From Candidatus Heimdallarchaeum aukensis (GTDB taxonomy: Archaea; Asgardarchaeota; Heimdallarchaeia; Heimdallarchaeales; Heimdallarchaeaceae), in NCBI GenBank assembly GCA_021513695.1, contig CP084166.1, positions 2,944,001 through 3,008,000 of the forward strand: a stretch of 64,000 nucleotides of DNA. Reading direction: 5' to 3'. Numbering within the stretch: the stretch's first letter is position 1; every line of letters starts with the position of its first letter. The position numbers and the translations under genes are program-made. The notes beneath the pieces are model-generated. The model saw nothing but the letters and a program-made list of their open reading frames with translations. It was not told the origin of the DNA and did no database searches. Below are positions 1 through 8,809 of this stretch, piece by piece.

Positions 1-903
1 TTTTTCTACTGCTGCACGTGCATGAAACATACTATCTGCTACTACCATAGCTATTACATCGCCAACATAGCGAGTTGTTTCTCCTTCATCTACAAAAATT
101 GGCCAATCAGGAATAATATGACCAATGAATCTTTTTCCAGGGACATCTTTAGCAGTAAGTATTTTGACTACACCGCAAGCTTTTTCTGCTTCTGTAAGGT
201 CAATTTTCTTTATTACTGCTCTAGGGTGTTCACTCAATAAAAATGCTCCATGAAGCATTCCTTCTACTTTCATATCAGCAATATATGGTTTTTGACCTAG
301 AGCCATGTCTAGACCACGATATCTTTTTGTACTATAACCTACTCCATCTTTCTTTGGTTCATATTCTCTCTTTAAACCATATTTTTCTCCAAAGAAATCT
401 GCTCTTCGTGGAGGATCATCAACATTAACGGGAGTTTTTGTTTTCCAATGTTCCTCTGCTGTTTCTATCGCATCTATAATACGTTGATAACCTGTACATC
501 TACATAAATTAGGACTTAATGCCCTAGCTTTCTCTTCTCTTGTAGATTTTGGATGAGTGTCAAGAAAAGACTTTATCCTTAACATAATTCCAGGTGTGCA
601 GAAACCACATTGTATTCCTCCCTCTTTAACTAATGCGTTAGCTAATAGCAATTTTTCTTCTTTTTCAAGACCTTCTATTGTTATAATGTTTTTTCCTTCT
701 ACACTTGATGGATCGCGATTACAAGAAGTCATAGCTTTTCCATCGATTAAAACTGTACATGCTCCGCAGTATCCTTGTCCAGAACATCCATCTTTACAAC
801 TGGTGATATCACATTTTTCTCTTAAAACGTCTAATAAACTCATACCTTCTTCATATTCTATTGTAATTTCTTCTCCATTAAGAATAAATGTTGTTTCTTT
901 CAT
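1..903 (-). CDS. Molybdopterin-dependent aldehyde oxidoreductase (XDH/Mop family), N-terminal part with fused 2Fe-2S ferredoxin-like and MoCo-binding domains. 5' partial: gene continues past the window start.
   Basis: Manual translation of the minus strand from the ATG at 901-903 gives MKETTFILNGEEITIEYEEGMSLLDVLREKCDITSCKDGCSGQGYCGACTVLIDGKAMTSC...GGIQCGFCTPGIMLRIK...LCRCTGYQRIIDAIE, i.e. the two [2Fe-2S] cysteine motifs of the XDH/CoxS/Mop small-subunit family. The following MoCo-domain sequence (VGYSTKRYRGLD...YVGDVIAMVVADS) runs to the window edge. This ORF is absent from the supplied track because it is truncated. Confidence 0.75.
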   Translation of the reverse strand, partial: MKETTFILNGEEITIEYEEGMSLLDVLREKCDITSCKDGCSGQGYCGACTVLIDGKAMTSCNRDPSSVEGKNIITIEGLEKEEKLLLANALVKEGGIQCGFCTPGIMLRIKSFLDTHPKSTREEKARALSPNLCRCTGYQRIIDAIETAEEHWKTKTPVNVDDPPRRADFFGEKYGLKREYEPKKDGVGYSTKRYRGLDMALGQKPYIADMKVEGMLHGAFLLSEHPRAVIKKIDLTEAEKACGVVKILTAKDVPGKRFIGHIIPDWPIFVDEGETTRYVGDVIAMVVADSMFHARAAVEK

Positions 904-1514
904 TGTTCATTCACATACTTTTTCCATTCTTCTAAAGTGTTTAGATTAAGTGTAACTTTTCTATCATTAACATTAATAATACGCACTTCATCATTTTTTT
1001 CTATTTTCTTTAATTCATAATCTAACCTATGATCGCTAGAACAAGACAATATATGATCAATAAACTTAGGAGATAGAAAGACAGGATGACCTTTTTTTCC
1101 TTTAAAACTAGGGATTACTGCAGAAACACCTTCAACCGCTTCAAGTATCTTGAACCAAGTCTCCTTATCTGGGCAAGATACATCAATTGGTAAAACAAAG
1201 GCTCCTTCATCACTAAACTCTCTCACTTTTTTTAATCCACATTGAATAGAAAAAAACTGACCTTTTTCTGTTTGTAAATTTCTAACGAGTATTTCTTTTC
1301 TTAATTTTGGAACTAGATCAACATAAAGATCATAATCTTTTCCAAGAACAATAACTATCTTTTCAAAACCAATCTCTTTTAGCTTTTCTATTTGGTTTTG
1401 TATAAAAAAAGTTCCTTTATAATCTAACAATCCTTTAGGTTTTCCCATTCTCCTTGAATCCCCTGCAGCAAGAATAATAACAGGAGGAAAAAAAAGATCT
1501 CTTTTCACATTCAA
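900..1514 (-). CDS. MobA/MocA-like molybdenum cofactor nucleotidyltransferase
   Basis: N-terminal motif ILAAGDSRRMGKPKGLL is typical of the MobA-like NTP transferase fold. The ATGA stop/start overlap with the upstream molybdo-enzyme gene gives a functional pairing. Confidence 0.65.
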   Translation of the reverse strand: MNVKRDLFFPPVIILAAGDSRRMGKPKGLLDYKGTFFIQNQIEKLKEIGFEKIVIVLGKDYDLYVDLVPKLRKEILVRNLQTEKGQFFSIQCGLKKVREFSDEGAFVLPIDVSCPDKETWFKILEAVEGVSAVIPSFKGKKGHPVFLSPKFIDHILSCSSDHRLDYELKKIEKNDEVRIINVNDRKVTLNLNTLEEWKKYVNEQ

Positions 1515-1767
1515 CCTTATCTTTCCAACATTCTTTTTATAGTAGTCATTTTTAAATAAATAAAAAGTTTATGAAATGAAAAAATAACTGATATTATTTA
1601 ACTAAATGCAAGGATTCAGAAAAACAAGTCTTATAATTCTAATGGAAGTAAAAAACAAAAAATTCTTTTTCTTTCTTTTCATCTAATGGAGGTTACAATA
1701 TACGTTTTCAGAATTTTTTAGAAGATAATAAAACAATGTTTAAATAATCCTTCATGCAAATTTAGTT

Positions 1768-4626
1768 TTGAGGTCATTCGTGTTGAAGAAGAAAAAAAGT
1801 TTAATTATAGCTTTAATTTTGGTTGCAACATTCACCTCTTTTGTAAACTTTCAAACAGCAGTTGTGAATGCAGAGAATTATCAGTTAAATAATGGAGATA
1901 CATTCGTCTATGATCATATATACAATTATGAAACTAATACAAGGGAAATATTCTTTCCTGATGAAAATAGAAATGATTATGCATATGAATCTATCTATAT
2001 TAATCAAGAAGAACATAAATACCTTAGAGGTTTTAATGTTACAAATACAGATTTAAGTTCAGATTACATCGAAGTTTTTGAAGTTAAAACAGGTGCCACT
2101 ATTTACTCTTATTATCAAAATAACACGTATTATAGATGGGGAGCAGATGGTTGGTATAAAGACTACTCAAATGAATACAACGATATCACATATTATTCTT
2201 GGGATTCAGGAAATGCTAATTATAGGAATTTAAATAATTATTCCAATCTAGTTTTTGATCCAACTGGTTATTTTGGAATATCAACATTTATCTCACAAGA
2301 AACTAGAGCATATAATGTTAATGGTGAAGTATTTACTTTACAAATAGATGTTTACTATTGTAAAACGAATGAGTGGGAAGATACATGGAATTCGACATGG
2401 TATGGTGTTGAGACTCCAACGCACAGTTTTAATTACGATGAATATTATTACTATGTTGACAACAACACTGGAATCTTGCTAGAATATAAGAAAATTCATC
2501 ACTATGATGTTACTTACAAATTTTATGAATACTTAGCTGATTATAATACTTATGTTAATTTCACACGTGTAAGAAATAAAAAGACTACAGATACATACAC
2601 ACTAATTAAATCTAGTAACTTCTATTCTACTGTTGATAATTCCTTTGTCCCATATTTTATTTTTAAGGACAATAGCTGGACACAACCTATAACAAACAGT
2701 ACAACAGGAATAACTTTTCCATTCCTATTTTCTAAAGACGTCGCGAAACTAGAATTTTATGTGTATAACTACCTATATGGATGTTGGAGATGGGATTTAG
2801 TAAATAGCCAAACAATTACTAGCACAGAGTTGAATTATACTGTCCCAATAGACTACTTTGGATATATACCTAATAATGTAAATAAAAATTTCAGAATTAT
2901 AGTTTATGATACAAAAGGCAACTTATTTATACAGTACCAATCTATTGAGGATGATAGGTACCCTATTCCCGATTGGCAGAGTCAAATAGAAACAAATAAA
3001 GAATATAAAGGAGTAGAAGACAAGGAACTGATCTTAAAATGTCTTTATATTTATTCTGACACTACTTGGAAAGTAGAAACAAGATTCTATTATAATCAGT
3101 CAGATTTAACACAATTTTGGTCAAACTATTATGAGGGTTATGGAAACAGGACATTAAATATTTGGATTAGCGGTATATGGGCTGTTGGAGACTATACAGT
3201 TAACATAACGTTTACTGACGCGGTCAATACTACTTATTCTACTATTGTTCCTGTAACTATCTATCCCAGTGGAACGGATGTAGACCCTCCAGATTTAAAT
3301 GTGCCTTGGTATGAAGAAAAAAATTTTGGAGAACCACATAAATGGGCTATCGGAGATTATGAAGAATTCTGGTTCAATACTTGGGATGATAACCCAAATT
3401 ACTATGAATTTTATGTTGATGGAGTTCTATATGATACAGGAAATTACTCTGAACAAATTAACTATTACTACAACTTTAATGATCTTATTAATGAAGTTGG
3501 ATTGCACAACCTTACTGTTATAACCTATGATCAATTTGGAAATTATAGGAAAGAATCAGTATGGGTAAAAGCTTATCCTGAAGGAACAGATTTAAAAAGA
3601 CCAGATTTATGGTGGAATGTTAACTCTTACTATGAATTAGGAAGCGCAGAACGATATAGTTTTTGGTTTAATGAGAAAAACCCTGATTATTACGAAATTA
3701 GACTAAACGATGAAATTATTTCATCAGGCAGCTATGATCAGAACTACTTTGAGATATACTTTACTGGTAAAGAATTATTTAGTGAAACAGGCGGACATAT
3801 TTTATCCCTCTTTGCTAATGATACCTCAGGAAATGAAATGTATTATGAAAAGGAAATTAATGTCGTTCCTAGTCAACCGGAGACTGATCCTCCCACATTC
3901 GAGAATATATATGATGTTGACTATTACAGAATTGGGGATTATTACGACATTTCCTTCTACATTAACGATAAATATCCTGATACTTACAATCTTTATATTA
4001 ATGGAAATCTAACGCTTTCCAATGTACCTTATGAAGGTTATGGATGGTATCCAGAGAATGAGCAACATTTGCAATTGCGAGATTATATCTTTGAAGAAGG
4101 AACCAATGAAATCTACATAGAAGCCTTCGATCAATGGGGAAACAATAATAATATTACAATTTACGTTAATGCCTATACTGAAGCCTATCAAGATGATTAT
4201 GATGCACCCCAGATAGATACTAACATGGACTATTGGCATGCAATTGAATACGTAATAGGTACTAGTAAAACAGTGAAATTTACATTATATGATGCAAATC
4301 CTGATTATTATGAACTCTACATTGACGACGAATTGATTAAAACCGATAGTTACACTGATGGGACTACTATCTCATTTAACCTTAATACCTACATTACAGA
4401 AGAAGGAATACATACAATAAAAATGGTTGCTTATGATGTTTTTGGAAATAGCAATGAATTAAAATTATCAATAAAAGCAATTTATGAATCAAGTTCTGAT
4501 GATACTAATGAAACTACTACACAAGATAAACAAACAATAGATTTACCATTTAGTGTATGGAGTATTTTTATCGCTTTACCTGTAATAACTATTATAGCTA
4601 AAAAGTTCAAAAAGTATAAAACATAA
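1768..4626 (+). CDS. Large secreted/cell-surface protein with four C-terminal ~100-aa tandem repeat domains and a C-terminal TM anchor
   Basis: TTG start followed by a signal-peptide-like MRSFVLKKKKSLIIALILVATFTSFVNFQTAVVNA. Composition is rich in Y/N/D/T. Four repeats contain W..D.NPDYYE.Y.D...GN....V.AY. The C-terminus is a hydrophobic helix plus a basic tail (IFIALPVITIIAKKFKKYKT). Confidence 0.7.
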   Translation: MRSFVLKKKKSLIIALILVATFTSFVNFQTAVVNAENYQLNNGDTFVYDHIYNYETNTREIFFPDENRNDYAYESIYINQEEHKYLRGFNVTNTDLSSDYIEVFEVKTGATIYSYYQNNTYYRWGADGWYKDYSNEYNDITYYSWDSGNANYRNLNNYSNLVFDPTGYFGISTFISQETRAYNVNGEVFTLQIDVYYCKTNEWEDTWNSTWYGVETPTHSFNYDEYYYYVDNNTGILLEYKKIHHYDVTYKFYEYLADYNTYVNFTRVRNKKTTDTYTLIKSSNFYSTVDNSFVPYFIFKDNSWTQPITNSTTGITFPFLFSKDVAKLEFYVYNYLYGCWRWDLVNSQTITSTELNYTVPIDYFGYIPNNVNKNFRIIVYDTKGNLFIQYQSIEDDRYPIPDWQSQIETNKEYKGVEDKELILKCLYIYSDTTWKVETRFYYNQSDLTQFWSNYYEGYGNRTLNIWISGIWAVGDYTVNITFTDAVNTTYSTIVPVTIYPSGTDVDPPDLNVPWYEEKNFGEPHKWAIGDYEEFWFNTWDDNPNYYEFYVDGVLYDTGNYSEQINYYYNFNDLINEVGLHNLTVITYDQFGNYRKESVWVKAYPEGTDLKRPDLWWNVNSYYELGSAERYSFWFNEKNPDYYEIRLNDEIISSGSYDQNYFEIYFTGKELFSETGGHILSLFANDTSGNEMYYEKEINVVPSQPETDPPTFENIYDVDYYRIGDYYDISFYINDKYPDTYNLYINGNLTLSNVPYEGYGWYPENEQHLQLRDYIFEEGTNEIYIEAFDQWGNNNNITIYVNAYTEAYQDDYDAPQIDTNMDYWHAIEYVIGTSKTVKFTLYDANPDYYELYIDDELIKTDSYTDGTTISFNLNTYITEEGIHTIKMVAYDVFGNSNELKLSIKAIYESSSDDTNETTTQDKQTIDLPFSVWSIFIALPVITIIAKKFKKYKT

Positions 4627-5034
4627 ATTTACTTACTTTCTTATTTTTTTATTAATGACTAATTTTAGAATAACAACAAAAAATAAGATGGATAGATTCA
4701 AAAATTAATATAAAATGTGAATGGAGATATTCTTGTACATCAGGTAAGCATTTCTAAATGTTTCGTGCATTTAGATATTCTAAAAAGGAGAAAATAAAAG
4801 CGCTGAAACAGGAGAAAAAGTGAGTAAAAAGTATAGATCTCGCAAAAATCATTTCATTCTAGTGAAAATTGAAATTTAGCAAAAGAAGAAAATTTGTTAG
4901 TAATCTTATAGGAAAGATATAAAAGCATCTCAGTTTAGTTGGAATTAAGATTCCATATGTCATTAGTGATTTTTCTATACTTTTTTAAACAGTTTAATTT
5001 TCATTGATTTAAAAAAGTAAAACTTGTGATTTAA

Positions 5035-7077
5035 TTGAATATATTCCCAAAATATCATCGCTTATTTTCTTCTGATGATGCTATACTTTTACCAAATTTT
5101 TCTGAAATTTGTTCTATTTATGATTTTTATGAGACTTTAATAGATAATTGGGACAAGATAATCAGAAAACCTTTAACTTCTCCTCATTTATCCACAATTT
5201 CTTACATTCTAATGAGTTACTCTGACTATGAACGATTAAAGGAATTATTTGACTTATTTTCCTCTCTTGAGGTTGCTAGCAATTATATTAAACTTTTAGC
5301 CAATCAAGGTAAGAAAGACGAAATTGAAAAAATTTTGAACTCTTATAGTCGGCTAAAAGAACCTATTGAATGTTGGTTGGACTTGATTGGTTGGGGGATT
5401 TACCATTTTAGTCAAATGCAACAAAAAAGTAAAATTTACGAGTTTTTAAAACAATTCGAAGAAGGTTTCCAAGAGCTTTCGAAATTAATGGAAAAGACTG
5501 ATCTTTCTTTTATTCATCTGCAAGCTTTTAAATTATTTATTGAGGGTTGCTCTTTGTATCATATGCAAGAGTACACTAAATCTGTTAAATTAGTAAAAAA
5601 AGCTGTTCATCTACTCACTAAAAACGATATTAAAGACAATTTTCTTCTTGGTTCAATATACAATCTTTTAGCAATCAACTACAGGTTTTCAGGTAGGGGA
5701 CCAGAGAAAGAGATGCTATACAAAGCTAGAGATACTTTTAATGAAGAAAAGATGGATAGGGGAGTAGCAATTGCAAAAGGGAATCTAGCCTATTTATTGA
5801 TACGTGAAGGAAAGTTCGAAGAAGCAATGACCTTACTTCTTGAATTTGATGAAATAATGAGAAAATATAGTGAAATAAGGAATTTAATCCTGAATTACAG
5901 TGATATTTACTATTGTTTAAAATCTCTAGGTAAAATGGATGAAGCTGAAAGGAACCTTGAAATTGCCATGCAACTGATGGAAGAATACAATTCTCCTAAT
6001 GAAGATATTTATATAGATGCCACAGAATTTTATGCATTGAAAGGTGAAATAGAAAAAGCAGAATTCTTTCTAAATAAATACATTCAATTTTTAGATGTAG
6101 AAGAAAAAGGAGAAACAGTCAAAAACGCTACTACACTTATTTATCAAGGTTTTATTGATTTTAGAAAGAAAAATTTTTATGATGCGGAAGTGAAATTAAA
6201 GAAAGGTCTAAGTATTGCTAGAAAACAGAATGTTATTCCTCTTGTTTTGCAGGCCCTAATATATTTGATAGAGTTAAACATATCAAAATACAAGATAGAA
6301 GCGAGTTCTTTTGTGAAAGAAGAAATAATAGAAGAAATAGAACTATTAAGCCAAGAAACTATTGTTATCCTGAAATCACACGATAATATATTTCAGATGA
6401 TTAATTATCAACAGTTGCTTGCCTCTGCCTATATCTTGTCAAATAAGGTTTCTCTAGCTATTTCATTACTTGAAGAAGCAGAAAAAATAAGCTTAGAACA
6501 CAATATGATAGGACATGTTGAAAAAATCAAAGAATTGATTGGTTTAGCAAAATCAGTCAATAACTATATGAATGAAGCTAAAATACAAATCCATCGTGAA
6601 CTAGAAAAAGACTTGCAGACCTATTCAACAAAAGCTGTTAGAGAATTAACAATTATTAGAGATCAAGAGGAAGCACCTACTCCATTATCTCTTTTAGTTA
6701 TTCAAGAAAGTGGATTACCTTGCTTTTCCTATAATTTTAAGGATAAAAGTTTTACTACCGATGAACTATTACTTTCAGGATTGATAAACGCTATACAAAA
6801 ATTTGGTTCAGAAATATCTTGGAAGAAAGGAAAATTCAGACTTATGGCGCATTCCGATTATATATTACTAATTGACCCCCATGAAAAATTTTCTATAGCC
6901 TTATTTGTGGAAGGTTATGATTCGAGTTTCAGGGAAAAAATGAGCGAATTTGCAAAATATGTGAAACCATTAATAGATAAATTAGATAGCCAAAAATACC
7001 TTGATGGAGAGACTTATACAGATCTCGATTTTAATCTAAAAGGAATAGTAGAAAGAATATTTATCACGGGCAATTAA
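5035..7077 (+). CDS. TPR-repeat protein with a C-terminal roadblock/longin-like domain
   Basis: Central TPR-like helical repeats (e.g. GNLAYLLIREGKFEEAMTLLLEF). The C-terminal ~120 aa (LSLLVIQESGLPCFSYNF...LLLSGLINAIQKFGSEIS...YILLIDPHEKFSIALFVEGYD) have the beta-alpha-beta-beta-alpha pattern of Roadblock/LC7/longin domains. TTG start; the true start may lie downstream. Confidence 0.55.
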   Translation: MNIFPKYHRLFSSDDAILLPNFSEICSIYDFYETLIDNWDKIIRKPLTSPHLSTISYILMSYSDYERLKELFDLFSSLEVASNYIKLLANQGKKDEIEKILNSYSRLKEPIECWLDLIGWGIYHFSQMQQKSKIYEFLKQFEEGFQELSKLMEKTDLSFIHLQAFKLFIEGCSLYHMQEYTKSVKLVKKAVHLLTKNDIKDNFLLGSIYNLLAINYRFSGRGPEKEMLYKARDTFNEEKMDRGVAIAKGNLAYLLIREGKFEEAMTLLLEFDEIMRKYSEIRNLILNYSDIYYCLKSLGKMDEAERNLEIAMQLMEEYNSPNEDIYIDATEFYALKGEIEKAEFFLNKYIQFLDVEEKGETVKNATTLIYQGFIDFRKKNFYDAEVKLKKGLSIARKQNVIPLVLQALIYLIELNISKYKIEASSFVKEEIIEEIELLSQETIVILKSHDNIFQMINYQQLLASAYILSNKVSLAISLLEEAEKISLEHNMIGHVEKIKELIGLAKSVNNYMNEAKIQIHRELEKDLQTYSTKAVRELTIIRDQEEAPTPLSLLVIQESGLPCFSYNFKDKSFTTDELLLSGLINAIQKFGSEISWKKGKFRLMAHSDYILLIDPHEKFSIALFVEGYDSSFREKMSEFAKYVKPLIDKLDSQKYLDGETYTDLDFNLKGIVERIFITGN

Positions 7078-7145
7078 AGAAGATTAATATTTCTTTTTTT
7101 TTATTTTGAAAAACGAAAAAAGAGAAAAAAGAATTCTTTATCCAT
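7078..7145. terminator. Bidirectional oligo-T/oligo-A intergenic terminator region between convergent genes
   Basis: A run ttctttttttttattttg on the + strand and an a-rich run (T-run on the minus strand) aaaaaagagaaaaaag lie between the convergent gene ends at 7077 and 7146. Archaeal terminators are oligo-T tracts. Confidence 0.3.
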
Positions 7146-8201
7146 TTATTTTGATAAAATCGATTCTCTAAAGAGCTTATTCAATAATCCTTTGCCAGGT
7201 TTCTTATTTCCTTTTTCGATTTCTTTAATCGTTTTGATAAGCATTTCATTGGTAGGCATCTTTACACCCAGTTTACTGCCTATCTCGTACACTTTTCCGT
7301 TTAGGTAATCAATCTCTGTTGTTTTTCCATTTCTGATATCTTGTAACATTGAGACTATTGCATTCTTGTGAGGAGCAACTATTCTCTTTAGAACGTTTTT
7401 GGCTATTCCAAAACTGATTATGTCGTAAACGTATAACACCTCAGCGAATAAAACTCCTTGAAATGGATTTAACTTTAACCCTAAAGCTTTAGCTACGTCT
7501 ACCATCTCTTTCCAGTTCCATAAGGACAAATAGATGGCTGCCTTTGTTCTTGCAATTTCTCCTAAAGGCATATCTCCTATTGCACAAATAGGGTTGATTG
7601 TGCTGTTTATCATTAGTTTCATCCAAACATCAGAAATGATATTATCCGAAACTTTTGTTGGAGCTACAAATTCTAGCACTTTAGGAATAAAATCTGGCAC
7701 ATCCTCGCTTTTAACTTCTTTTTCTTTTCCTATTCTTCCGATAACCAAGTCTCCTTCTGAAGTTTGCTCTGCTATTCCAATATCTACTAATTTGACATTG
7801 AATCCTACAACACAAGCAATTACTTTTTTGAAGTGTGACTCTTTTGCTATTTCTTCTGCAATTAATCCATTTTGAAGAGAAACTATAGGAACTTCTGGGT
7901 CGTAAATTTGTTCAAGCTGATTTATCACTTCGATTGTAGAGCTAGCTTTTAAGGTAATTAATATCGCGTCAGGTTTCCACTCTTTTTCATCTTGTAAATC
8001 ATCGATTGTCACTCCAACTACTTTTCCTTCTAACTTTCCTTTAGAAGAATTATAAACCATCTTTTTCTTTGAGAAGAATTCTTTGTGTCTTTCTTTACCT
8101 AAAATCCTAACATAAATGTTATTTGCAGCAAGAGGTGTAGCAACAGCTGTTCCTATTGCTCCAGGTCCAACTACTAGTAAATTTATATTTTCTTTATCCA
8201 T
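7146..8201 (-). CDS. panE: 2-dehydropantoate 2-reductase (ketopantoate reductase) family oxidoreductase
   Basis: N-terminal Rossmann motif LVVGPGAIGTAVA and the conserved DYLNG motif of the KPR/ApbA family. Its first codons overlap the end of iorB. Confidence 0.65.
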   Translation of the reverse strand: MDKENINLLVVGPGAIGTAVATPLAANNIYVRILGKERHKEFFSKKKMVYNSSKGKLEGKVVGVTIDDLQDEKEWKPDAILITLKASSTIEVINQLEQIYDPEVPIVSLQNGLIAEEIAKESHFKKVIACVVGFNVKLVDIGIAEQTSEGDLVIGRIGKEKEVKSEDVPDFIPKVLEFVAPTKVSDNIISDVWMKLMINSTINPICAIGDMPLGEIARTKAAIYLSLWNWKEMVDVAKALGLKLNPFQGVLFAEVLYVYDIISFGIAKNVLKRIVAPHKNAIVSMLQDIRNGKTTEIDYLNGKVYEIGSKLGVKMPTNEMLIKTIKEIEKGNKKPGKGLLNKLFRESILSK

Positions 8202-8809
8202 TTTTTACCCTCTTTGAAAGCTTTTTTATTAACTTGAGAAAGAAGAATGTTTTTCCCAAGAAGTTTCTTAACTATTTTTTCTCCAATTTCTTCAGTAATT
8301 CCCAATTCTTCGAAAGTTGTTAAAGCAGAAAATATCCCAACATTGTAAGGAATAAAATTACCTTTGAACTGTTTTTTAAAGTTCTCTCGGTCAAAAATGT
8401 AAAGTTCTTCAGCTCTTTCTTTGATCTCTTTGTCTATTTCTTCCTCTTCAGGAAAAACTTCTAAACCAAAATAGTTAGTATTTCTAATTTCAAAATAATC
8501 GAGTAAGATAACTTTTGGTTTCTGTTCTTTAATTCCATACAAGTATCTAAGAGTTTCCATTTTCTCTAGTCCAACAACTATGTCTACATCAGAACTAGCA
8601 AATAAAGGAGAACTTTCTTCATTTAATCGGAGAAAAGATTGAACTGACCCTCCACGCTGAGAAAGACCGTGTATCTCGTTGTAACAAACTTTTTTACCAG
8701 TATCAAGAGCTGATGTAGCTATCATTTTAGCCAAAGTAATGATTCCCTGACCGCCTAAACCTAAAAAGGCAATATTAACAGTTTCTTTGTTTTCTTTCAT
8801 CTTTCTCAC
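8183..8809 (-). CDS. iorB: Indolepyruvate:ferredoxin oxidoreductase beta subunit
   Basis: The pyruvate/ketoisovalerate oxidoreductase gamma-like domain motif IAFLGLGGQGIITLAKM...SQRGGSV lies immediately downstream of iorA. Confidence 0.8.
   Translation of the reverse strand: MRKMKENKETVNIAFLGLGGQGIITLAKMIATSALDTGKKVCYNEIHGLSQRGGSVQSFLRLNEESSPLFASSDVDIVVGLEKMETLRYLYGIKEQKPKVILLDYFEIRNTNYFGLEVFPEEEEIDKEIKERAEELYIFDRENFKKQFKGNFIPYNVGIFSALTTFEELGITEEIGEKIVKKLLGKNILLSQVNKKAFKEGKKWIKKI

Noticed and set aside
22-949. Three short + strand ORFs at the window start (22-240, 243-428, 557-949)
   Set aside because: They are antisense to a long minus-strand frame with unmistakable 2Fe-2S and molybdo-enzyme homology. 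The minus-strand gene is the real one, truncated at the window edge.
4627-5034. 400-bp AT-rich intergenic region containing a short hairpin (tctaaatg N7 catttaga) and an 8-nt match to the repeat end (attgaaat)
   Set aside because: Both are too short to be significant in 30% GC DNA. It is most likely promoter or UTR sequence for the 5035 gene.
7534-7875. 113-aa + ORF inside the KPR-family gene
   Set aside because: It is antisense to a well-supported CDS and lacks motifs.
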